Source: an uncultured Nitrospiraceae bacterium
GTDB lineage: Bacteria; Nitrospirota; Nitrospiria; Nitrospirales; Nitrospiraceae
Length of the DNA: 64,000 nucleotides
Direction: 5' to 3'
Assembly (NCBI GenBank): GCA_963730935.1
Contig: CAVSTP010000003.1
Coordinates: forward strand, 608,001 to 672,000
In this document: positions 21,616 through 30,491 of the stretch, one piece after another
Position numbering within the stretch: the first letter of the stretch is position 1
Layout of the letters: each line of letters begins with the position of its first letter
The notes under the pieces: model-generated
Databases searched by the model: none
What the model was told of the DNA's origin: nothing
Seen by the model: the letters and a program-made list of their open reading frames with translations, nothing else
Translations under genes and position numbers: made by a program

Positions 21616-22863
21616 ATGGAGAAGATCGGGGTGGAGAAGATCGGTTTCCACAGTGTCCGTCGCGCACAGCCCCGGCTGTTTCTTTCGCTCCTGGCGGTAG
21701 TCCTCGTTGCCGGCTGCGTGGAGCCGACCCGCGAAGCCTTACGGGAGCCGACGGGCACGCCGATGCCGCGGATCACGTTACTGACCTACAACACGCTGCA
21801 CGGACTTGAGCCAAGCGGGATGACGGTCAAGGCGAGCGAATCGCAGGAGGTCCGGCAAGCGAGGCTCGACCTCCAATTTCGCCAACTTTCTCTCATCCAG
21901 CCCGACGTCATGCTTCTTCAAGAAGTCAATCCCCTTCCGGAAATGGCCGAGCGATACATCGCGGCGATGAAGCGCTCCGGTTTGGACTACCAATCGGTTC
22001 ATCAGGTGGATGCCTGCGGAGTGCGTTTGGCTCCTGGACTTGCGGTCGTCCCGGGCTTGAACAATGGCTTAGCCGTGCTCGCCAAGGCTCCTCTGCGCCT
22101 ACGAAAAGTGGAGGGTCTCAAGCTCAGTGGAGGCTTCGGGCGCTGCGACGACTACATGGGCTTTCAAACGGGGGAGCTGCGGTATGCACTGATCGCTGAA
22201 GTCGAAAATCCCAATACGGGCAGGAAACTCTTGACGGTCAGTCTGCATCTGCATTCCGGGATTGAACGGAATGCGTTTTTCATACAAAAAATTCAGGATG
22301 CGGTGAAGGCGGGAAAGGCGCGGCAGGAGGATTTTGCAGAGATCGTGGCCGCGATGGAGCAGGACCAGGAACGACGGCTCGAAGAGATTCGTCTGCTCGT
22401 GAAGGAGATCGACACGCTGTATGCGAAAGGGTCCTATCTGGGTGTCCTCGTGGGAGGAGATTTCAACTTTGAGCCCGACGACCCGGAATACCGTGAACTC
22501 GAACGGGCGGGCCTCACAGACACGTACGCGATGGCGCATCCTGAAACGGAAGTCTACAGTCTTGATCCTCAGCGAAACGTGATCGCAGGCCATGGCATAC
22601 AAGAAGTGCCATCGACGCTTCGTGCGGCAATGAGACGGCTTCCTGAAAGCCAGCAGCAGAAAATTCTCGAAGGCTATCAAAAGGGGATCACTCAGGCGAG
22701 GCGGGTGGACTTTTTGTTCCTCATGAGAAAGCCATCCGACAGTGCGACAGGCTGTTTCCGGCAGGAACTGTTCGGCCAATCCGAGGCGGTTTCAACCGCA
22801 CCAGGATCAGATCACTATGGTGTGCTCGTCACGTATATGGCCGATGCATCCCAGTGCGGCTAG
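21616..22863 (+). CDS. Endonuclease/exonuclease/phosphatase-family lipoprotein
   Basis: Lipobox VAGC; LTYNT, LLQEV, GGDFN, RVDF, SDHYGV. Confidence 0.85.
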   Translation: MEKIGVEKIGFHSVRRAQPRLFLSLLAVVLVAGCVEPTREALREPTGTPMPRITLLTYNTLHGLEPSGMTVKASESQEVRQARLDLQFRQLSLIQPDVMLLQEVNPLPEMAERYIAAMKRSGLDYQSVHQVDACGVRLAPGLAVVPGLNNGLAVLAKAPLRLRKVEGLKLSGGFGRCDDYMGFQTGELRYALIAEVENPNTGRKLLTVSLHLHSGIERNAFFIQKIQDAVKAGKARQEDFAEIVAAMEQDQERRLEEIRLLVKEIDTLYAKGSYLGVLVGGDFNFEPDDPEYRELERAGLTDTYAMAHPETEVYSLDPQRNVIAGHGIQEVPSTLRAAMRRLPESQQQKILEGYQKGITQARRVDFLFLMRKPSDSATGCFRQELFGQSEAVSTAPGSDHYGVLVTYMADASQCG

Positions 22864-22890
22864 GAACCTCGTATGTGATGGAGGATCCAC

Positions 22891-23226
22891 ATGTCATTGC
22901 CGTTGCATGAAATTATCGGCTTCGTGGCGGGATTCGGGACGACATTTGCCGCCCTGCCAGATCTCATCGCTATGCTCAAGCGGCGATCCTGTGAAGGCAT
23001 GAATCCGACGATGGCCGCGATCATGGGCACGTTTCAAATCGTGTGGGTGTATTACGGGATTTTGGTCGAGTCGAGGCCGGTGATCGTGTGGAATATCATC
23101 GCCGTGGGGATCAATTTTTTAGTCGTCGGGGCCTATTTCTACTTTGCTTCTACCACACCGCGGCACACTCCGTTGATCAATCATCCCGCGCCGGGTGAGA
23201 GCACGAAGAATTCCCCCGGCAGATAG
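22891..23226 (+). CDS. SemiSWEET / PQ-loop family transporter
   Basis: 3 TM helices; IGFVAGFGTTFAALPDL, WVYYG, PVIVWN. Confidence 0.8.
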   Translation: MSLPLHEIIGFVAGFGTTFAALPDLIAMLKRRSCEGMNPTMAAIMGTFQIVWVYYGILVESRPVIVWNIIAVGINFLVVGAYFYFASTTPRHTPLINHPAPGESTKNSPGR

Positions 23227-23260
23227 AGACGACAGAAGAACCAGAAGGTGGAGGAGGTTC

Positions 23261-23833
23261 ATGCATCGTCGCCGAATCGCGTGTATAGTGATAGGCCTCG
23301 CGCTCAGCCTCTCGGCCTGTAACGAGTTCAAGGTGCAGACCGACCATGACTCTACCGCAGAGTTCAGCGCATTCAAGACATTCGCCTTTGCGGGACTTGC
23401 CGACGTCAATAAAGGCGGGATCTACGACAATTCATTGACGCAAAAACGCGTCGAGACGGCCGTCGTTCGAGAGCTCAGTGCGAAAGGACTTCGTCAAGTC
23501 GGATTGGATGAACATCCTGATCTCTTGGTCCATTACTGGTTCAACGTCCAGGATAAACAACGCCTTGAAAGCGGCGGCACGAGTGTTGGCGTGGCGCGCG
23601 GTCCTTACGGCGGCTATGGATGGGGGGCAGGGTATGGCGGAGGGGTCACGACGGTTGAATACAGAGAAGGCACGTTGATTCTGGATCTCGTCGAACCGGC
23701 TCAAAAGCAGCTCGTGTGGCGGGCCACGATCGTAGGTACATTGCAGGATTCGACGAAAGACAACGTTGAGCTGGGAAACAAGGCGATTGCCAAAGCATTC
23801 GAAAGTTACCCACCGTCCCCCAAAGCACCGTGA
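23261..23833 (+). CDS. DUF4136-family lipoprotein
   Basis: Lipobox LSAC; FSAFKTFAF, PDLLVHY, EYREGTLILDLV...LVWR, FESYPP. Confidence 0.85.
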   Translation: MHRRRIACIVIGLALSLSACNEFKVQTDHDSTAEFSAFKTFAFAGLADVNKGGIYDNSLTQKRVETAVVRELSAKGLRQVGLDEHPDLLVHYWFNVQDKQRLESGGTSVGVARGPYGGYGWGAGYGGGVTTVEYREGTLILDLVEPAQKQLVWRATIVGTLQDSTKDNVELGNKAIAKAFESYPPSPKAP

Positions 23834-23858
23834 ACTTTATTCAACAAAGGAGGGAGTC

Positions 23859-24578
23859 ATGAAACAAGTAGCAACTGATCGCGTTCACCGGATTGTGGCG
23901 TGCGCCGGCGTTATTGCGGCGTTGACCCTTGGGCTGGTCGTGACGCCAGTCCAGGGTCTGGCGGAGGACGCTAGCGATGCCAAAGCCATCGTCGATCAAG
24001 CCGAAGTCTCGCTGAAGAATTTTTTGAGTGACCCGGACATGAAATGGTTCGGCAGTCACCTACAAGAGGCAAAGGGTGTCTTCATCGTGCCAAACCTCAA
24101 GAAGGGAGCCTTCATCTTCGGTGTGGAAGGGGGCACCGGCGTCGTGCTTGCGCGCGATGAAAAAGGCGGTGCATGGAGCGAACCGGTATTTTATGAAACC
24201 TCAGCAGCCAGCTTTGGCCTCCAGGCAGGAGCACAGACATCAGAGGCCATCGTGTTGATCATGACGCAGAAAGGTGTGGATTCCCTCTTGGCGAACAAGC
24301 TCACGCTTGGTGCCGACGGATCTGTTGCAATAGGACCGAAGGGGATGGGAGCCGACACAAATCTCAAGGCGGATTTCGTGACGTTCACGCGTGCGAAGGG
24401 ATTATATGCGGGAGTCTCGTTCGACGGAGCGTCGATCAGGACAAGGGATGACCTCAATACTGCCTATTTCGGAGAGGATGTTCGTCCGTCGGACATTATC
24501 ATTGCCCACAAGGCCAAACCCAATCCGCATTCCAATGAATTGCACGCCATGCTGAAAACGGCCAACGCTAAACCGTAG
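23859..24578 (+). CDS. Periplasmic SYLF/Ysc84 lipid-binding domain protein (paralog 1)
   Basis: Signal peptide; AKGVFIVP, KGAFIFG.EGG.GV, SFGLQAG, RAKGLYAGVSFDG. Confidence 0.9.
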   Translation: MKQVATDRVHRIVACAGVIAALTLGLVVTPVQGLAEDASDAKAIVDQAEVSLKNFLSDPDMKWFGSHLQEAKGVFIVPNLKKGAFIFGVEGGTGVVLARDEKGGAWSEPVFYETSAASFGLQAGAQTSEAIVLIMTQKGVDSLLANKLTLGADGSVAIGPKGMGADTNLKADFVTFTRAKGLYAGVSFDGASIRTRDDLNTAYFGEDVRPSDIIIAHKAKPNPHSNELHAMLKTANAKP

Positions 24579-24587
24579 CATGTGTGA

Positions 24588-24637
24588 ACGGCAGCGCAGT
24601 GGGAGGACGAACGAATGATGAGTGGCTGCGCTGCCGT
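24588..24637 (+). terminator. GC-rich hairpin at the end of the first accessory operon
   Basis: 12-bp perfect stem acggcagcgcag / ctgcgctgccgt with 26-nt loop; no strong U-tract. Confidence 0.4.
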
Positions 24638-24653
24638 GTGTCTCTCTTACCCT

Positions 24654-24698
24654 CTGTCACTTTTGACAGTTCCTGCCTTAGCTGAATGGTGCTAGCGT
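24654..24698 (+). promoter_or_regulatory. Regulon palindrome site 2 plus -10 element
   Basis: CTGTCA-CTTT-TGACAG (24654-24669); TAGCGT at 24693. Confidence 0.75.
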
Positions 24699-24745
24699 GT
24701 CCCCGCCGATGTCGTGTCAGCCCGCGGTCGGCGAGAGAAGGTCCT

Positions 24746-25450
24746 ATGCCTCACATGTCCTGGCGGTCCATGGTGCCTCTGATCGGCGTGGTGTTGGCTG
24801 CTGTCGTCACGGCGACAATGAGTCCAGCATACCTGGAAGCCTCGACCGAGCAGCAGCAACTTGTCGATAAAGCGAGGCTCACGGTGGAAGCGTTTGCCAT
24901 GGACCCGCAACAAGAGGACGTTCGGCAGTGGGTGTCGAGCGGCAAAGGCGTCTTCATCGTCCCACAGCTTCTTCGCGGCGCCTTCGTGTTTGGAGGTGCG
25001 GGTGGCGGCGGCATCCTGCTGATCCGCGATGAGAAGTCGGGCGAATGGTCGCAGCCGGCCTTCTACAACATCGGCGCGGTCAGTTTCGGTCTCCAGGCCG
25101 GCGCCGACACGTCCGAGTTGGTTGTGATCGTGAGAACCCAGAAGGGGCTGGAGGAGTTCTATCGCTCGGATTTCAAACTAGGCGCCGACGTGGGAGTATC
25201 CGTCGGACCGCTGGGCAGCAGCGCGGCCATGGGAGGCATCGCTGCGGATCTCGTGTCCTTCGGCCGCAGTAAAGGCGCATTCATGGGCATGGCGCTCGAC
25301 GGCGCCGTGATCGCAGTCTCCGACGACTCCAACTCAACGTATTATGGAAAGGCTGTCCGCCCGACGGACATTCTTGTGAAAAAGTCAGTGACAAACCCCG
25401 CATCGGCTCAATTGCGCGATGCCATCTCGGTGTTGACGAAGGAGAAGTAA
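24746..25450 (+). CDS. Periplasmic SYLF/Ysc84 domain protein (paralog 2)
   Basis: Signal peptide; KGVFIVP, GAFVFGGAGGGG, SFGLQAG, SKGAFMGMALDG. Confidence 0.9.
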   Translation: MPHMSWRSMVPLIGVVLAAVVTATMSPAYLEASTEQQQLVDKARLTVEAFAMDPQQEDVRQWVSSGKGVFIVPQLLRGAFVFGGAGGGGILLIRDEKSGEWSQPAFYNIGAVSFGLQAGADTSELVVIVRTQKGLEEFYRSDFKLGADVGVSVGPLGSSAAMGGIAADLVSFGRSKGAFMGMALDGAVIAVSDDSNSTYYGKAVRPTDILVKKSVTNPASAQLRDAISVLTKEK

Positions 25451-25483
25451 CCAGGTGTACCCTCAACAGAAAGGACGCACATC

Positions 25484-25969
25484 ATGATGAAGGTCGTATC
25501 GTTGTTCTTCACCGGGCTGATGCTTTGTACTGTCTCGGCCATTGCACAGCCGGCATCGGATACCAGCGCCGATACCAATATGGAAATTTTGAAGCAGAAG
25601 CTGAAGGCGGACAAAAAGCTCCTGGTGGCGGGGAATATGGATCTCTCGGATGCGGAGGCCAAAAAGTTCTGGCCGGTCTATGACGCCTATCAGAAGGACT
25701 TGGAACAGGTAAATCAGAAACTGGGACAAACGATCAAGGAGTATGCGGAGGCCTTCAACAAAGGCTCGGTCCCGGACAATACGGCGAAGAAACTGCTCAA
25801 CAACGCGTTGTCGGTGGAGGAGCAGGAAACCAAGCTGAAACGAACCTACGCGGAAAAGCTCGAGAAGGTCCTCCCGTTCAACAAGGTTGCGCGCTACATC
25901 CAGATAGAAAACAAGATCCGGGCCTTGATCAAGATGGAGTTGGCACAGCAGATTCCTCTCGTCTATTGA
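25484..25969 (+). CDS. Periplasmic helical protein, Spy/CpxP-like (paralog A)
   Basis: Signal peptide; KKLLVAGNMDLSDAEAKKFWPVYDAYQ...ARYIQIE. Confidence 0.7.
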   Translation: MMKVVSLFFTGLMLCTVSAIAQPASDTSADTNMEILKQKLKADKKLLVAGNMDLSDAEAKKFWPVYDAYQKDLEQVNQKLGQTIKEYAEAFNKGSVPDNTAKKLLNNALSVEEQETKLKRTYAEKLEKVLPFNKVARYIQIENKIRALIKMELAQQIPLVY

Positions 25970-26031
25970 GGAAGAGATTGTCCGACAAAGGTTGATTCTC
26001 TCGCCGGTGCGAGAGGGAGGAAGGAGCCGTC

Positions 26032-26640
26032 ATGAAGCCGCTTGCTGTGACCGGCCTGTGTCTTCTGTGTCTCGTCGTGGGTGCTGGTTCTGCGCTGAAT
26101 GCCGAAGAGCCCACGCTGAAGGTCGTCCACATTCGTCCGAGCCTTGACACCGAGAAGCTTCAATACATTCTGTCCACGGAACGCAAATCGGTGTTCGAAC
26201 GGAATATGAACCTGGACGAGAAGCAGAGCGAGGTCTTTTGGGGCGTCTATCATCGATACGAGAAGGAAAAAGAGCAGCTCGAGGCCAAGCGGCTCCGTCT
26301 GTTGGGCACGTACATCGAAAAATATGACTCGCTCAGCAACGACGATGTCATGAAGATCGTCAAGCAGTCCGGCGAGAATCAGCAGGCCGACCTTGCGTTG
26401 CGTCAAAAATACTTCCAGATCTACAGCAAGAAGTTGAATCCCATGGCAGCCGCCCGTTTCATGCAACTCGATGATATCGTCGGGATGGTCACACGCCTTG
26501 CGATCCTGGGCAATCTGCCTTTGATCGGGGATGTTCCTCACGTCGCTGCCTCTGGATCACCCGATGAAAAGTCATCGCAGACCCCGAATCCGGAAACAGC
26601 GCCGACGGTGGACCAACCCTCGACGGAAACAGCGAAATAG
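26032..26640 (+). CDS. Periplasmic helical protein, Spy/CpxP-like (paralog B)
   Basis: Signal peptide; RKSVFERNMNLDEKQSEVFWGVYHRYE...ARFMQLD. Confidence 0.7.
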   Translation: MKPLAVTGLCLLCLVVGAGSALNAEEPTLKVVHIRPSLDTEKLQYILSTERKSVFERNMNLDEKQSEVFWGVYHRYEKEKEQLEAKRLRLLGTYIEKYDSLSNDDVMKIVKQSGENQQADLALRQKYFQIYSKKLNPMAAARFMQLDDIVGMVTRLAILGNLPLIGDVPHVAASGSPDEKSSQTPNPETAPTVDQPSTETAK

Positions 26641-26674
26641 TGCTCGCTCATTTATGGAACTGCGAGGAGGCCTC

Positions 26675-27142
26675 ATGCGTCGTTCACGATTGCTGTTCAT
26701 CGTGATAGGGGTGCTGTTCATGACCGGTGAAGCGTTTGCCGGCATGGATGTGTTCGTCTATCCCAGCAAGGGTCAGACTAAGGAGCAACAGGAACAGGAT
26801 GAGTTCAGTTGTTATAAATGGGCCAAAGAACAAACGGGATTCGATCCAACTCAGCCGGTGCAGCAGGCGGCGGCGCCTCCCCCTCAGGGCGGCGCCGCGA
26901 AGGGCGCGGCAAAAGGTGCCGCGATCGGCGCGATTGGAGGCGCCATCGGCGGTGACGCAGGCAAAGGAGCGGCGATCGGCGCAGGGGTAGGTGCAGCGGG
27001 AGGAGCAGCGCGCCGGCGAAAAGGCGAGCAGCAACAAGCCGCCGCCCAACAAAAAGCAAAGCAAGAGTACAATGCGGAGGTAGACGGCTATAAGCGGGCC
27101 TTTTCAGCCTGCATGACGGGGCGAGGGTACACCGTCAGTTGA
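26675..27142 (+). CDS. Glycine-zipper family exported protein
   Basis: VYPSKGQTKEQQEQDEFSC, GxxxG repeats, CMTGRGYTV. Confidence 0.85.
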   Translation: MRRSRLLFIVIGVLFMTGEAFAGMDVFVYPSKGQTKEQQEQDEFSCYKWAKEQTGFDPTQPVQQAAAPPPQGGAAKGAAKGAAIGAIGGAIGGDAGKGAAIGAGVGAAGGAARRRKGEQQQAAAQQKAKQEYNAEVDGYKRAFSACMTGRGYTVS

Positions 27143-27176
27143 TCGGCGACTATTCCTCGACCGACAGGAAAGCGAA

Positions 27177-28622
27177 TTGAGAACTCACTCACCTTCTTCA
27201 ACACACACATGGTTCGGCATCCTCTGCTGTTCGATGTGGCTCTCGGCTTTCTGCGCCGCAAGCGCTTGGGCGACCTCGGAGCTTAACATTCCTAAGCCCA
27301 CCGATCCGCTCATGCCTGCGCCTCCGCCGCCGGCCTTAGAGGCGTCCGCCGTCAATCTTGAAGTTCGGCTCACGGCCGAAGGCCTGGCTGCCGCTGTCGA
27401 TGAGGGCTTTCCTCAGGTCGCGGCGCGCGAGAACGATTGGAGTGAGGCCGTCACGCTGGGAGCACAGGAGGACATTCGGTTCTTGTATCGCGTCGTCAGA
27501 GGATCGTTTCGATACCGTATGGATCATGATCAGTTTCGGGTGTCGTTTGACCAGGTGCGCTATCGAGTTTGGGCGCGCAGGAATCAGGGTGACGGGTTCG
27601 TCGAAGGTCGCTGCGGACATGGCGATGACCCGCCCAGACGGCTGAATCTTTCCGCCCGGTCGGCACTGTCCTGGTCCGACCGATGGCGCCTGCAATCGCA
27701 GACGACGTTCGACGAACCTGTGTTTGTCGAGCCCTGCCTGCTCACGGGACTCGATGTCGATGCGACACCTGTGTTGAAAGCGGTGTTGCAACCGAGGCTC
27801 GCGGCGCTGGCGCAGAGTATCGACCGGATCGTGCGCGACCGGACGGAAGCCAAACAGCGCGCGGAGACAGTGTGGCAGAAGTTACAGGAGCCCGTCGAGT
27901 TCGCTCCCAACCAGTGGCTCCAGTTTCATCCACGCGACGCCCGGGTCAGTCCGATCACCTCAAACGGCACGCTCGTGCTCCACACGTCCGTGAATCTGGT
28001 CGTGGAGCCCAGGATCGTCAGTGGCCAGAAACCTGATCACACGACAATCCCGCTGCCACCGCTGCAATTGACTCCTCTTCCGTTGGAAGGCTTCCATCTC
28101 GCCCTTCCGATCACCGTCGACTACGGACGCATCAATCAACGGCTTGAGGAGGAGATGATTGGACAGGAGTTCCAGACGCCTGTCGGCGATACCTTGAGAG
28201 TCGAAGGCGTGCAACTCTATGGAAGCGGCGACAAGCTGATTCTCGCGCTCCGGGTGTCAGGAGGTGTGAACGGAACCGTGTACGCGACCGGGACACCGGT
28301 GTTCGATGAGGGGCTTGGGATGCTGCGGTTCGTCGATCTGGATTTCACACTGGACACCCGTAACGTGTTGGTGCAATCGGCAAACTGGATGTTCCATCAA
28401 GACATCTTGTCGAGCCTGAGGTCCCAGGCCTACATTGATCTCTCCGGCCAGCTGCAAACGCTTCGTTCCCGCCTCACGAGTGCCCTGACGCGAGAGATGG
28501 GGCCGAACGCCCGGCTTGAAGGAGAAGTCACATCCCTTCGGCCCCGTGGCGTGTACCCGACGGCAGGAGGTGTGGAAGTGCATATCATCGCGGAGGGCTC
28601 CATGTGGGTGGAATTGCAGTGA
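27177..28622 (+). CDS. DUF4403-family exported protein
   Basis: 481 aa, signal peptide, beta-rich; WQKLQEP...WLQFHP, GTVYATGTPVFD. Confidence 0.7.
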   Translation: MRTHSPSSTHTWFGILCCSMWLSAFCAASAWATSELNIPKPTDPLMPAPPPPALEASAVNLEVRLTAEGLAAAVDEGFPQVAARENDWSEAVTLGAQEDIRFLYRVVRGSFRYRMDHDQFRVSFDQVRYRVWARRNQGDGFVEGRCGHGDDPPRRLNLSARSALSWSDRWRLQSQTTFDEPVFVEPCLLTGLDVDATPVLKAVLQPRLAALAQSIDRIVRDRTEAKQRAETVWQKLQEPVEFAPNQWLQFHPRDARVSPITSNGTLVLHTSVNLVVEPRIVSGQKPDHTTIPLPPLQLTPLPLEGFHLALPITVDYGRINQRLEEEMIGQEFQTPVGDTLRVEGVQLYGSGDKLILALRVSGGVNGTVYATGTPVFDEGLGMLRFVDLDFTLDTRNVLVQSANWMFHQDILSSLRSQAYIDLSGQLQTLRSRLTSALTREMGPNARLEGEVTSLRPRGVYPTAGGVEVHIIAEGSMWVELQ

Positions 28623-28669
28623 GCCGAGTCTCCAATCTCCCGACGTTCTTCAATGAACGAGAGGTATCT

Positions 28670-29173
28670 ATGAACGTGTCCAAGCGTCTCGTTGCTGCGG
28701 TGTGTCTTGCGTGCCTCGGATACCTGGTTCAGACCGTTGAGCCGGCTCCGGCGCGTGGAGCGGGGGAAGGCATGTCCGAATCTGATTTTGAGCTCATGCG
28801 CTCCGATATCAGGACGAAGAAGGCCAGCCTCATTGCCGACCGCATGAAGTTCACGGACCGGGAAGCGTCGGCGTTCTGGCCAGTGTATCGTCAGTATGAA
28901 GCCGATCTTGCGGCGATCAATGACAAAAAGGTGTCGATCATGAAGGACTATATGAGCCGCCATGAGGCATTGACCGAGCAGCAAGCCAAGCAACTTGCGG
29001 AGGACGTGTTTGACGTAGACCAGAAGACGCTAGATCTCCGCGAAAAATGTTTTGGTGCGCTGGAAAAGGCCATCCCAGCGAAGACGATCGTCCGATGGCT
29101 GCAGCTTGAGCGGCGACTGCAGCTCCTGGTCGATGCGCAGCTTGCCAAAGATCTTCCCGTGATTCAGAAATAG
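28670..29173 (+). CDS. Periplasmic helical protein, Spy/CpxP-like (paralog C)
   Basis: Signal peptide; KKASLIADRMKFTDREASAFWPVYRQYE...VRWLQLE. Confidence 0.7.
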   Translation: MNVSKRLVAAVCLACLGYLVQTVEPAPARGAGEGMSESDFELMRSDIRTKKASLIADRMKFTDREASAFWPVYRQYEADLAAINDKKVSIMKDYMSRHEALTEQQAKQLAEDVFDVDQKTLDLREKCFGALEKAIPAKTIVRWLQLERRLQLLVDAQLAKDLPVIQK

Positions 29174-29187
29174 ACGTGCATGGCGGC

Positions 29188-29648
29188 TCATTGAACCTGC
29201 CGCGGCTGTAAGACCAGGTCCGGCGAGACGAAGGTGTGCCCGATCATCGCTTTGCGAACGGCGACAAGCAGGTCTGAGCCTAGCCGCGGCTTGATCAACA
29301 TAGCCGATGAGCTCCCGCCGAAAACGCTTCCTCCACGAATTCCTGATCCTGGTGCACCGTCAAGAAGACGATCTTGGCTTTGGACCCGATCCGCGTGAGC
29401 AGGCGTGCGGCTTCCAGACCGCTCATCACGCGCATGGAAATATCGAGAATAAGGACGTCCGGTTTGAGGGACTCCGTGGCTTCAAGCACATCCTGACCGT
29501 CGTCGACGGTGCCCACGATCTGAAACTCCGGTTCGAGGATCCTGCGTGCGGCCTGCAGCATGGGGGGGCTGTCGTCGGCCAGGAGGACACGCACGAGGGT
29601 GTGGCCTGTACTGCTGCTTTTCGCAGATGGCGACATTCGCCGCTCCAT
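29188..29648 (-). CDS. Receiver-only response regulator of NarL type (two apparent 1-bp insertions near 29295-29312)
   Basis: VLLADDS, DVLILDISM, VFLT; continues as GYVIKPRLGSDLLVAVRKAMIGHTFVSP...* after frame correction; no HTH. Confidence 0.8.
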
Positions 29649-29673
29649 TCAGGCAAACAATCTGACACGCAGG

Positions 29674-29719
29674 TTCTTATCATTTACATCGCTGTCGGCG
29701 ATACTGGCAAAAGTAACAG
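29674..29719 (-). promoter_or_regulatory. Regulon palindrome site 3 plus -10 element
   Basis: Minus strand CTGTTA-CTTT-TGCCAG (29719-29704); TGaTAAGAA with hexamer at 29679-29674, upstream of the receiver-only regulator. Confidence 0.6.
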
Positions 29720-29810
29720 ATTCTTTCGGTCCTGCCGTAGCCGAGTCGTCTTAGGGAATTCAAAGGGAACTCGTTGGAAGCAGAGATGCAGTAACGACAG
29801 AGGATCTGGA

Positions 29811-30467
29811 TCAGCGCCGGCTACTTGTGGGAGTGCTGAGCGTCAGCCGCTGGTCAATGGCAAACTGAATGAGTTCTGCGTTGCTTTTGAGACGAAACTG
29901 CTGCATGACACGGTATTTGTGAAAGGCGACGGTGCGGGCTGTGACATGCAGGACGTCGGCAGCTTCCTTCATCGTGTGCCCTTCAGCCAGCAGTTGCAGA
30001 ACTTCACGTTGGCGGGACGTCAATTCACTACCGTTCGAACGATCCCCTCCTTGGATGAACGACTCGACCATGCGTTGTGAGGCCTGGGAGGTCACATAGG
30101 TGTCGCCCCGCATGACTGTCCGGATGGCCTCAGGCAGCTCGCGGGCGGCCGAGGTTTTGAGCAGGAAGCCGGACGCTCCGAGGCCAAGCGCCTCCTTCGC
30201 CAGATCGGGATCTTCGTTCATTGTCAAGAAAATCAGTTTGACGACGGGCATCGAGTGTTTGATCTGGCGGCCGGCATCGAGCCCGTTCAACAGGGGCATG
30301 CCGATGTCAAGCACGATGACGTCGGGATGGAGCGCGATGGCCTTGGGAAGCAGCGCTCGTCCATCCGTCACGATACCGACGACTTCGCACTCCGGCTCGA
30401 GGAGGGCGACGCAGGCTTCCACAACCAGCCGGTGGTCGTCAGCGAGCAACACGCGTGGACGCGGCAT
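29811..30467 (-). CDS. NarL/FixJ-family response regulator (REC plus LuxR-type HTH)
   Basis: VLLADDH, DVIVLDIGMP, GFLLK; LTSRQREVLQLLAEG.TMKE.A..L.VT.RTV..H. Confidence 0.95.
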   Translation of the reverse strand: MPRPRVLLADDHRLVVEACVALLEPECEVVGIVTDGRALLPKAIALHPDVIVLDIGMPLLNGLDAGRQIKHSMPVVKLIFLTMNEDPDLAKEALGLGASGFLLKTSAARELPEAIRTVMRGDTYVTSQASQRMVESFIQGGDRSNGSELTSRQREVLQLLAEGHTMKEAADVLHVTARTVAFHKYRVMQQFRLKSNAELIQFAIDQRLTLSTPTSSRR

Positions 30468-30491
30468 GATTCCTCCTTCGCGACAAACGGC

